Source: the human T2T-CHM13v2.0 reference genome, Homo sapiens | DNA length: 64,000 nt | Strand: one strand, 5' to 3' | Assembly: GCF_009914755.1 (NCBI RefSeq) | Contig: NC_060932.1 | Shown here: piece by piece, positions 1 through 44,654 of the stretch | Layout of the letters: every line of letters begins with the position of its first letter | Numbering within the stretch: position 1 is the stretch's first letter | The notes under the pieces: model-generated | Seen by the model: only the letters and a program-made list of their open reading frames with translations | What the model was told of the DNA's origin: nothing | Database searches by the model: none | Program-made: the position numbers and the translations under genes

Positions 1-637
<637 letters not shown>

Positions 638-639
638 TG

Positions 640-2085
640 TATGTGACTGTTTCTTAATGAAACAGTCTTTGTTTCTGTAACATGGTTTTAGCTGGTATTT
701 ATAACTACTACCGCCCATTTGTAGAATAAGTTAGTTATAAATACCAGCTAAAACCCTTATTCTGTATTCCCTTTGCCTTCAGCAAGCACCTTAGCTAGTT
801 GTTGTGGTTCTTTACCTGGCAGGGTGACCCAAACCTTCATTCCTGAAGAGTCTGGGCCATTTGTAGTCCTGTCTAGATTGGGTTGTTGTAGTTTCCCACA
901 GACCTTAATCTCGGAGCATGGTAATACTGAGAGACGCCCTAAGGCACCGCCCATATTCCACACTTACTCTTCCTTACCTTCACTAGGGAGTAGTAGGCCA
1001 ATTTCCCCTTGATAGTCTGGATCAGTCACCCCAGCAACATAGTAATTCCCTTCTTGGCCTTTTGACTCAGATGCATGAGGAGCCCAAAGTGGCTGGGTGT
1101 CAGTCTGAATTTCCAGTTCAGTGGAATCGTTGTGGTTCCTGGTGGCAGCATTCCTCCCTGTGGAACTAAGACCTTTAGGCCAGCAGAGCATAAAATCTTG
1201 GGAATAGGCAGCAAAAATTTTGCTAGTGGGTCACTAGGGATAATGGTGAGTGCTGCCACTCCCATTTCTGCCCCTTGATTCCTGGATGTATGAATCCTGG
1301 CTATGGGAGAAACAGTTCCATATATTGGATGCCGATTCAGAGCACCTATAGGTTGTCCCAGTCCGGCTAAGTATTACCACCTAGCTGGTGCTGTAACTGT
1401 GATTTCAAAAGACCATTTCACCACTCTGTCAAGCCAGCTGCTTCAGGATGGTGGGCAACATGGTAAGACCAGTGAATTCCATGAGCATGAGCCCATTTTC
1501 ACACTTTCTTGGCTGTGAAGTGAGTCAGAGCACTGCTGGGTCAGAGCACTGCTGTATGGAACACTATGACAGTGGATAAGGCTTTCTGTAAATCTAGGGA
1601 TGATGGTTTTGGCTGAAGCATTATGGGCAGGGAATGCAAATCCTATCCAGTGTCTATTCTAGTAAGAGCAAAACATTGCCCCTTCCCTGATGGAAGCCAT
1701 CCAGTGTAATCAGCCTGCCACCAGGTGGCTGGCTGATCACCCCAGGTAATGGTGCCACAATCAGGGGCTCAGTGCTGGTCTCTATTGCTGTCAGATTGAG
1801 CACTCAGAGGTAGCCACAGCCAGGTCAGCCTTGGTGAGTGGGAGTCCATGTTGCTGAGCCATGCAAAAACATTTATGCCTGCTACCATGGCCAATTTCTT
1901 CATGAGCAATGACAGGGGTGACTGGGCAATGACAGGGGTGGCAGGGGCCAGAGGCTGACTAGTATCCACAGAATAGGTCATCCTATCTACTTGGTTATTA
2001 AAGTTCTCTTCTGCTGAGGTCACCCTTTGGTGAGCATTCACATGGGACACAAATTTATCTTCACACCTTCTGCCCCCTCAAAGAG
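640..2085 (-). mobile_element. Degenerate ERVL (HERV-L-like) internal pol remnant with RNase H/integrase and dUTPase fragments
   Basis: Minus-strand peptides SHVNAHQRVTSAEENFNNQVDRMT (RNase H end) and LVPQGGMLPPGTTTIPLNWKFRLTPSHFGLL...GVTDPDYQGEI (ERVL dUTPase); frameshifted. Confidence 0.8.
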
Positions 2086-2227
2086 GTTTGTTCACCACCT
2101 CACATGCCAATCTCTTCTGGAAACACCCTCACAGACACATCACAGACACACCCAGAAGTAATGTTTTACCAGTTCTCTAGGTATTCCTTAATCTAGTCAA
2201 GCTGACACCTAAAATTAACCATCACAA
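2086..2227 (-). mobile_element. MLT2 (ERVL) LTR fragment
   Basis: aaacaccctcacagacacacccagaa...agtcaagctgacacctaaaattaaccatcaca is the reverse complement of the MLT2 5' terminus. Confidence 0.8.
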
Positions 2228-2365
2228 TATGGACCCCTCTGATTAAGTGTTCTAGTCAAATCAGAATCTTGTTGGATTCTGAAAATCTACGTTTTAATCT
2301 ATGTTTCTGAATCTACATTTCAGATCATGTTGGATCTGAAAATCTACATTTTAAGAACCTACTTA

Positions 2366-2650
<285 letters not shown>

Positions 2651-2844
2651 TCAGCGTCAGAGACAACTGTGAAGTTTTCTTCACTCTGGATGCCTAGGTG
2701 TTAATCTGGGATTGAGGACTTCTGCCTCTAAAAACAATGATTCCAGCTTTGGATATAAGATCCAGTTGTTTATGACCCCTACATTCTTGGTTTTGCTCTT
2801 TAAACAACTTACTGGCCATTAGCGTTATCTTCTGCACTAGGAGC

Positions 2845-3055
2845 ATGGGGTCAGCAAGCTACTACCTGAGATCAAATTAAACCCCTGCCTGCACTTTACT
2901 GGGACACAGCCACACTCATCAGTTTACATCTCCTCTCTGGTTGCTTTAGTGCTGCAACAGGAGAAGTGATTAGTTGTGACAGAGCCTTATGGCCTACAGA
3001 ACCTAAAGAATTTATCTGGCCCTTTACAGAAAAAAAGTTCGCTGCCTCTTGCACT
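2845..3055. mobile_element. MER58-like hAT-Charlie MITE
   Basis: ggggtcagcaa...cacagccacactcat...tctggccctttacagaaaaa.gtt. Confidence 0.7.
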
Positions 3056-3169
3056 AGAACATTGAAAGGGAAAAAGTAGAGATTGTTTTACATTTTACCT
3101 GTTAAGGCTTGTCTGGTAAAAGGCTGATATACAACCACAAACAACAGCCAGTAACATTAAGTGTGTTTT

Positions 3170-3459
3170 TATTATTTATTATTTAAGACAGAGTCTCGCT
3201 CTGTCGCCCAGGCTGCAGTGCAGTGGCAAGATCTCAGCCACTGCAAGCTCCGCCTCCCGGGTTCACACCATTCTCCTGCCTCAGCCTCTTGAGTAGCTGG
3301 GACTACAGGAGCCCACCACCAAGCCTGGCTAATTTTTTGTATTTTTAGCAGAAACAGGGTTTCACCGTGTTAGCCAGGATGGTCTCGATCTCCTGACTTC
3401 GTGATCCACCCGCCTCAGCCTCCCAAAGTTTTTACAGGCATGAGCCACCGCGCCCGGCC
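3170..3459 (-). mobile_element. AluY-like SINE
   Basis: Diagnostic ctgcaagctccgcctcccggg and gttagccaggatggtctcgatc. Confidence 0.9.
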
Positions 3460-3969
3460 ATGGGTTTTTATTTTTAAGGGGCACAGTAAGATATTCTATT
3501 TGTCTGAAACTACCTATGTATGCAGACTTTTGGGGAACCTAAAATTTATACTGTGTGGATCCCAAATACTTGCATCCAGATCATGTGTGGTAACTATTTA
3601 AAATGCAGATTCCTGCTGGGCACTTTAGGAGGCCGAAGTGGGAGGATCACTTGAGCCTAGAGTTCAAGACCAGACTGGGCAATGTAGTGAGACCCTGTCT
3701 CTAAGAAAAATTTAAAAATTAACCAGATATAGTGATTACGGCTCACTGCAACCTCCCCTTCCTGGGCTCAAGCCATTCTCCCGCCTCAGCCATCTGAGTA
3801 GTTGGGACTATAGGTCTGTGCCACCATGCTCAGCTAATTTTTTTTTTTTTTTTTAGAGGTGGGTTTCGTCATGTTGCTCAGGATGGTCTCAAACTTCTGG
3901 ACTCATGCAATCCGCCAGCCTCAGCCTCCCAAAGTGCTTGATTACAGCATGAGTCACTGTGGCCCATAA

Positions 3970-4620
3970 AACCATTTTGTTGCATACCAAAAGTAAGATG
4001 GTGGTGTCTTGAAGAAAAAGAACTTGAGTGACTATTTGAATTGGAAGCTGAACTAGATGCTCTTTTTTCATGCAACATCATTTTTATTTGAAAGTATAAG
4101 GGACAAACTATGGCTATTTGTATGTAAGTATTTAGCAGAAATTTATTTGAAAACAAAGGAGACTTGTCACTTCAAGGAAGACAATTTATCATTTGTTGCC
4201 AATGATAAAATTTGACCTTTTAAGAAAAAAGCAGAATATTGGAAAACTTGTACCTGCTACTCTGAGCTTGACAGCTTCCCAATATTAAAGACTTTTCTGA
4301 TGAGATCGGTAATTTTTAAAAAATTGTATAATAAAATATATTAACATTTGGAAGATCTACATAGCTCAGTGAACTGATACTTTCCCAAATGAACAATACA
4401 TGTCTTAAGTCACACATGGGTAAGAGATCCATTCAAAGTGCAAGATAGGCTGCTTTGCCTATGGAGTAGCCATTCTTTTATTCCTTTACTTTCTTAATAA
4501 ACTTGCTTTCACTTTACTCAAAACAACAAAAATAAAACAAAGTGCAAGACAGAAAAATGGATTTTAATAGTATCAGAATATGTGAAGTTTACTGATATAT
4601 TTTCAAACTGCACATTGCAA
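3970..4620. mobile_element. Charlie1-like hAT DNA transposon remnant
   Basis: gaactagatgctcttttttcatgcaacatcatttttatttgaaag...ttgtcacttcaaggaa...tttgttgccaatgataaaattt. Confidence 0.7.
4449..4537 (+). mobile_element. MER41-like LTR 3' (R-region) fragment with A-rich tail and TSDs
   Basis: ctgctttgcctatggagtagccattcttttattcctttactttcttaataaacttgctttcactttact, then an A-rich tail; flanked by caaagtgcaaga(t/c)ag. Confidence 0.7.
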
Positions 4621-5027
4621 TCCACTTTTTTTTTGAGACAGCCCTCCAAATTTGAGAACAGCTGGTATGGAGGCTACAACAGGATTTGAAGATAGAAAAC
4701 CTAAATTCAAGTTCCAGTTCTGTCACTTACCTGACTGATTTTAGACAAGTTACTTAGGTGCAGGCTCTGAAGTCACACTGTGTGGGTTCGTGATTTTAGC
4801 TCCACCCCTTGCTAAATCGGCCTGCCTGGGCCTCCCAAAGTGCTGAGATTAACAGGCGTGAGCCGCTGTGCCCGGCCTTGCAGAAGCTATTCTAAGTGTA
4901 ATAAATTTGAAGGGAAGGTGTTAACTTGGGGATATTTGTGTGTGGCTGTTAATTTGCAAAGAGAATAAATGTGTTATAAAAAATTGTTTTCTTTTTCTGT
5001 TTGTGAAGAAATAACAAAACTGAAATA

Positions 5028-5365
<338 letters not shown>

Positions 5366-5472
5366 TTAGAATATAGGAAAATATCTTTTTAAATACCAAA
5401 AGGTATTAAAATGAAATACTAAGGAGAGTCGGGCAGGGCCTGTACTCGACCTCATGACTGCGGGAAATTTCT

Positions 5473-5823
<351 letters not shown>

Positions 5824-6119
5824 TAAATCCTGTTAAGGTTGCCTCTACAAAACAAAACAAAAAAAAATTATTAATTTTATTGTTTGTTTAGAGACTAGTG
5901 TCGCAGTGTTACCCAGGCTGGAGTGCACTGGCGCCATCTGGGCTCATGCAGCTGGCACCAATGGGCTGGGGCGCTCCTTCAGCCTCAGCCTCCTGAGTAG
6001 CTCAGACCCAGGCGCTGACACCACGCCCGACACCTCTACATTTTTTAGGGATACCTTTTTGGTAACCTCTAAATCATAATAAATGCACGGAGGACGGGCC
6101 AAAGCCTTTTTGCCTGGCA

Positions 6120-7380
6120 AATGCTAGTGACACCCGTTCTCAGCACCCAGAAGCAGAGGCCAGGAGCGGGGCGGCTGTGGCTGCGCCCTCCGCCCTACTC
6201 CGCTAATCCCGGGGCCGCGCAGTCCCTGCGTCCGGTGATCACCGCGCTGCTCCTGGCGCACTAGTAGGGTCTGTAGCGTATCCCGAGGATCATTCCGACT
6301 TTCCCGCCCCGTACGTGAGGGGCCGCCTTGAAGCCTCTTCCGCCACGGACACTCGAAACTGATCTTGAAGCCCCTGCCGTCACGGATACTAGAAACTGAT
6401 CTCGAAGCCCCTTCCGCCACGGACACTCGAAACTCTCCCCCACTGTTAGACCTCAGCAGCCAGCAGCCCGCCGCCCGGCGCTGCAGCTCCCTGCCCGCAG
6501 GAGCCACGTCTCGCGCGACTCCCCCCACCTCTCGCGACACTTGCCGCCCGTGCCCTGCGGCCCTGCACGCCCCACCCGCGGTCGCGCGCCGCGCTCCCCG
6601 CCGCCTCACCTTTTCGCCTGGCATCCGGGCCCGCTACTCGCCCACTGGGAGCGCCGTGGCGCCTGGTGTTCGGCGCGAGCCCGGCGGGGCTGCAGGTTCC
6701 GCCCTGCTCCGCCGCGCCCCGCCCGGGCTGGGGTAAAGGCCGCGGCCGGGCCATGCAGTGTCCTCCTCAGGGAGGGCAGGAGAGCCTGAGGAGTGGCGGG
6801 GCCGCCAGGTGAGACCGCGTCGGGCGGGCGGCTGGACCGAGGGAGGCCAGGCTGGGTGCAGGTGGGCGGCGCAGCGCTGCGGGGCCGGGATGCGGGGCGG
6901 GGGAACCTCGGCTCCCGGGAAGCCCCGAGCCTGGGGGAACCCTGGGCACCCTGTGAACCCTGTGGTCTGCACTGGCTGCCCTGCTGCTGTCGCGGGGCTG
7001 CGGGCGGACGACCTGAGCCCGAGCTCCGAGGGCCCGGAGCGGGGCGCCAGGGCCTAGGGTCGCGGGGGCCAGGGGCGCGCCAGGGTGGCTGAGGTAAGTC
7101 TGTGTGGGGAAAAGGACAATGGAGCCGAAAGCCGGCGTCTGCCGTCCCGCCGGGCCCGCGCGAGATGCCCTCCTGCCCCCCGCCCTACGAGGCAGCTTAG
7201 AAGTGTCCTTCTGGTGCCTGCGGCGCTGATCGTTGCCGAGTGGAAGGAGTGTTGGAGAGGTAGAAACAGCTGGTCAGAGCCGCCTCTGCGGGAGGAGGCT
7301 TTTGAGGTCGCTTGTTAGCTTTCATCTGAGATTCTGGCTATGGGAGTGGGCGTGCGTGTGCGCACCGTGGCCCCAGGCGA
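6120..7380 (+). promoter_or_regulatory. DDHD2: DDHD2 CpG-island promoter with alternative non-coding first exons (donors after 6808 and 7093)
   Basis: Very high GC and CpG content; GC boxes; donors CAG|GTGAGA (6808) and GAG|GTAAGT (7093) upstream of coding exon 2. Confidence 0.85.
6327..6434. repeat. 37-bp tandem repeat, ~2.9 copies
   Basis: Units 6327-6363, 6364-6400 and 6401-6434, consensus ctYgaagccYctKccgYcacggaYactMgaaactgat. Confidence 0.9.
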
Positions 7381-7901
7381 GGTTTCGTCTTTTCCCAATT
7401 TGTACCACCACCCATTAAGCGACTTCAAGGATCCATCAAAAATGATTGGTTCCTAAGCGAACAGTTTTATTTTTTGTATTTTAAGATTCCATTAGTTGTG
7501 TAATGGTAGGGGCCTGGAGCCCAAAACCTTGGCGTTACTAGGACAGGGCATGACCCAGCTGACTTGGAGTAAATTTTCTGCCTTTAACTACATTTAGATT
7601 GGAAATTAGGGTAAAATGTTTTTGTTGCAATCTAGTTTCGAGCATGTGGTCCTGTGATTCTGGGTTTGTTTTATAACTTATGGACTGAGTAAAATTACCC
7701 AGTTTACTGAGAGAATTGAGAACTCTGTGCAATGGTTGATCTAATAGAAGCATTTTATTTAAAGCTTCCACCCATCCAGTTGCTAATTTATGTTATTTCT
7801 CTTTTAAATTATGTAGATTTTGTTGTTGTTGTTGTTGCAGAAATGGCTCCGTAAAATGATTAGTTTTGTGCGTGTGTGTGTGCGAACAGTTACACAGTTA
7901 A

Positions 7902-35076
<27,175 letters not shown>

Positions 35077-35554
35077 AAATGACCCATCTATGGCTGCTTA
35101 ATGTAAGTTTTAAAATGTCATATATATAGTGTAATTCTTACATATTAACATGTTATAATGAACTATGGAGCCTCAAGCTCTTTTTAAATATACTAGCTGT
35201 TGCCTGTCACCAAGATCTAGGCTGCTATTCATTTTTAGAGGGACTGGTAGAAATTCATGGGGAAAAAAACACAGTAGCCCATTTAGAGGAAGATTAGTGT
35301 ATGTCTGTTTTGCTAGAGATTTTGTCCAATGACACCTGTCATTTTTTAGGATCTAAACTCAGAGTTTTAATGGTTCTGTTATCTAAGAGTTACTGTGGCA
35401 ACAGTTATGATTTTAATTACCAACCACCCATCCTGAGATTTAAATTACTCAGCCTTTTAGATGTGAAATTACAAAGTCTGTGTATTCGACTCTGGCATTC
35501 TCTGTGGTTGCCTTCCAGTTGTGACTGCAGCTCTTCTCCCACTTTCTTCCCTAG

Positions 35555-37725
35555 ACGGACATTGAGGGATCCTTCCCCAGAAAATCCACCTGTTTGTTGC
35601 TGCAATTTTCCTCTCCTCAGCTGCGTCATTTCCTGCATGTTGCCTGCCACTTACTCACCACTGGGGTCTTTGGAAGATAATCTTCCTCTTTGGAAATGAA
35701 TGGAAAAGCAAAAGGCCCTATTACTTTTAACCACTGGCTTCATATAAACACTTGCCATTTTTTTCTGCATAGCTGGGGGTGGTTTGTGTCTTTAATTCTT
35801 TGATGATAGTTTATAGTTGCCACACTTTATTGATTAGTACTTGACAGGGTGTAAAGCCTATTTTGGGTTTGATTTGTTTTGGGTGGGGTAGACATGTTTT
35901 TAAGGAACTTATTGCTTATCTTTAGAAAATGTTCTAGTTTGGAAACAGATTCTTGAGATTCAGAAGGCATTTTGGAGTACACTTATCTCTTGTTTGTGTT
36001 GAACTGAAGGCTAAGTCTCAGTGGACATGGAAAAGACTTTTGGGTGATTTATTTTTGAACCTGCATTTCTTTCTTATGTGTAGTGTATGAAGAAAGACTA
36101 GAATGTAGCTTTAAAAAAGTGTTGTTTACTCTCTTAGAACTGACAGACTTATTGCCAGAAATCACTGATGTTCATTGTTTTTGCAACTGTTTGAGCTGCT
36201 GTAAGAGTCTAAAGTTGACAAGTTAGTTCATGTTAGGTGCATCTTTATAAAGCAAAGATGTTGTATATCCTAGGCCTCCCTTTTATATTTGATAGAAGTT
36301 ATTTGCTAATAGCTTCTATTCTTACGTTGAAAATAGTTGTAAAAGCTGATGAACCTGAAATTGTGTAGCCTCTACAGGCTGCTGAGGTTCTAAATAAAAC
36401 CTTTTAGTGGTGCCTTTATGGTGAAACAGAATTTGTCACCTGCCATTTCTACTTGAGCTAAGGTAGTATTGTGTATCCTCTTTCCTTCTTAGGTATCCAT
36501 AATCCACAAAGCATATTTAAAAGGCTCTTGGCACGGGCAGCATTGGTTGAGCAGGTAGGTTTGGCTAGGGGGAAATGTTTAACTTGTTCTGAAAGAAAAA
36601 CTTATGTCTGTAGGGTCCAAGAAACAGCTATTCCAGAGTCAGTGTCAGCTGAGTCTGGAACATATGAAGTGAGGTTTACTTCTAAGAACACAAGTGACTG
36701 CACACTAATTTTGTCAAGGCATCTTTTCACTACTTTGCTGTAGATTTTTCTTCTTCATTGGTCAGTTTGTCATTGTCTTTGTAGTTCTCTTTATGATAAT
36801 CCTTTATACTTGCTCTCAGATTCCACAGGCCTCTGTTTATAGAGTGGCAAAGGCAGGCGAGCTGTGGTTTATTGTTTATAAATTTTTTTATAAATGTTAT
36901 GGTATTCAAAGCCACTGACATTTAATATTTACTGAAGCCATTCCTTAGACAGCAGTGGTCTTTATCCCTTTCTGGAAAGAAAAGGAAAATGAAGGGTAAT
37001 TACTGTCACCATGGAGATTGTAGAGGTAAGGTTGGGGTATAGGTCAGGCCTGGCCTTTCTTTGTCATCTGCTTATAGTCTAGTGCTAAGTATGCCACTAA
37101 GTTTCAGATATATGGAATACTTTATTTTTTTAAAGGTATATAAACTCTGAGTTATTGAGAATTAAGTATTCACTGTATATTAAGGGGAAGCTTTTGCCAA
37201 GTTGTGGTCTTCAAATTTATGTTTACTCTTCCTATTGGCAGAATAGGTGCTATTTAAGAGTAAACCAAAGGATAAGCAGAGGGAGTCCCTATAACCAAAG
37301 ATGGACAGCATAGCCCTGGATAGCCAGATAAACCACTCTTTGTATTAAGAAATGTTTCTTTCCTAGTGGTGAGGGGTGGGTAACTGTGAAAGAGCTTTAT
37401 ATCTTGTCTATTCATGGTATTATAGCTGTATATTCCCAGGATGATAAGCTTGATTGAAATCCTGTATTTAGTCATATATTATTTGCGCTGCTTCATTTGT
37501 ATCATGTGCAATCTCTAGACCAACCCTATTTTTAAACTCTGGTACAGCATCATTTTGTACATATTCCCAGCTGCAGAACTAGTATCACTTATCTCAGCAA
37601 AAGAGATTGTTTGCATGGAAAGATTAATAGCACTGATTAGATTTCTAATATTTTGCATTTTTGAAATGTTTGTTTTCTACGTGATTATATTTAAAACTTT
37701 AGTAAATACTAACATGAAACCATAT
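35555..37725 (+). other. DDHD2: DDHD2 terminal non-coding exon (3'UTR)
   Basis: Strong pyrimidine tract and ctag acceptor at 35554; Alu-free AU-rich sequence; AATAAA 36393-36398 and AGTAAA 37701-37706; 3' end inferred. Confidence 0.7.
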
Positions 37726-38085
37726 TGACTAGTGGCCTACTTTTACCTGGACTCACCCGTCTCAAAGTCAAGAAAATCAGTACAGTCACGATTTTCTCTG
37801 TCTTTATGTATTACTAAAACAAAAAAATAGGTTTTGGGCAAAGAACTAATATGTAAGTTCTTTCCTGTTGACTGGTATTTTAATTGTCATAGGCAGAATT
37901 TAAGTTCAGAATTTAAAGCATGGCAATTATAAGAGACTTTCCTTTGGTATTTATAAATATTAGCCAGTACTATAGATAACAGCAGTTGAATCACTTAGGG
38001 CGGATGGGGAATTCAATGTTTTGCTTTACTAAAGTTCCAGCCCCTTAATGTACTTTAAATATTTAAAAAAGCACACATTTACCAT

Positions 38086-38091
38086 TTTATT
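38086..38091 (-). terminator. PLPP5: PLPP5 distal polyadenylation signal (AATAAA)
   Basis: TTTATT on + strand, downstream of all PLPP5 last exons. Confidence 0.65.
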
Positions 38092-38329
38092 TGAATATCA
38101 GGTTTACTGAAGGAAAAAGATACATTGAAAATATAGGAACATACACATAAAAGACAATGTCATATTTAAAGTATAATCACAATAAAGAGAAAGGGAGCTG
38201 TAGGTCCTATGGCATCCATTCTGATGACATCCCATAATTGTTCCTTATATTCCATTGTGAAGAAGGGGCAGAAAAAGATTCATCTGTCCTTCAGATGACG
38301 ATACCTGTCATTTTTCTTTTCTACCTTAG

Positions 38330-38361
38330 TCACTTGGCAGTGTTGGTGCATTTGAGCAGAT
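38330..38361 (-). CDS. PLPP5: Candidate alternative PLPP5 last exon (DLLKCTNTAK*)
   Basis: Pyrimidine tract plus ctgaag acceptor; phase-1 compatible with exon 6; PAS ~240 nt downstream. Confidence 0.5.
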
Positions 38362-39100
38362 CTTCAGTCATGAATGGAAGGAAAGAAGCTCACAAGTACA
38401 GTTATGGTCAAATGAGGTAGAAACAGTCATCTGTTAGTAGTGCTGAAACCACACTCCTGACCATTTTCTTCTTTATTATTGTTTTCACTTAGTAATTCAA
38501 CAAATTGTTTATGCCCACGGTGTTCAAAATGCACAGCAGTACCAGATGGCTGGACTCAGATAAGATGCACACAAAAGTGATAAATTACCCTAGATTCGAC
38601 ATTTTCCTATTTAAGGCTTGATGGAATTGTCATCAGAGAAGGTAAACAGAATCAAAGTAATTTAGTTGGCCATGCCCTAGATTTTAAGATTTTGAGCTAT
38701 ATGAAATGGAAATTAAGTTTTGATAATGAACTCTAGCTTCTGAGACAAGGTGGGGCTATGTAAAGGCTTCTTTGTGACAAGATCCTTCTAAGAATGGCAT
38801 TTAAATTAAATGTAAAAACACTGTAGATCTTCAGATATTAATCTGATAGACCAGATTCATAAGGTGTTGGACACCTTTGAAAGATCCTTTTACTAGAACA
38901 TGTGGCATACAGTAGTGGAAAAGAACCGTAACTCCTCAAGATAGATGAGCAGGGGCAAAAGTGTGTAATCATTTGGAGGCAGAATACAGTGTGGCTTATG
39001 TCCTCACTTGCACCTTGGAAGGGGAAAAAAAGGCTAGAATTTCTTGTCTTGTGCATGGTCCGGTTAGGAGGGCTAGTTCACCTGTTCTCTATTGAGATAG

Positions 39101-44154
<5,054 letters not shown>

Positions 44155-44654
44155 CCGGCCGCGAGCTCCGAGCGACGCTGCGCTGACGTGGCCACCTCCG
44201 CGGGGAGGGCCGGGCCGGGAACTGGGCACCGCCCCCTCTCCCAGTTGCCCGCGCTCCGGCGGCTCCCCAGGAAGACGGCCTGGCGGCTGTGCCGAGGGCA
44301 TCGTCTGGCAAAGGGTACGCAAAGCCAGCGGAGCTGCCCTCTGGTGCGTTCAGCAGGGAGCCAGCGCCCCAGTTCCAGCCGAGTAGGTCGGCGTACGGTC
44401 CATCATCAGCAGCTCGTCTCCACGGCCCAACCACACCACCGCGGGGAGCAGCCTTCTCCCGGGACCTCGCCTCTAAATGGAAAACCAAACAGCCCGCTCT
44501 CAGATCCTCGTTCCTTAGCAACACAGCCGCATTCTGCAGGAAGCTACACTACCTGAGGTTGGCTGGATTGTGTCATTTAGTCCTCCCACCCAGGATGGCC
44601 TCCTGCCCAGAGTGTTGTAGCAAAAAATTATTGGCAAAGAACAAGCCCACATAT

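Noticed and set aside
1522-2354. Short tandem duplications (1522-1553, 1906-1940, 2130-2150, 2270-2354)
   Set aside because: Ordinary slippage duplications within decayed repeats
4449-4519. MER41 interferon-inducible enhancer
   Set aside because: Only the short 3' poly(A)-signal region is present; no GAS (TTCNNNGAA) sites are visible
6327-6434. 37-bp repeats as a CRISPR-like array or an ISRE cluster
   Set aside because: Units are head-to-tail without unique spacers in a mammalian genome; GAAACT occurs only as single half-sites, not GAAANNGAAA
6124-7318. Long ORFs on both strands over the DDHD2 promoter
   Set aside because: Same CpG-island artefact; no domain or splice support
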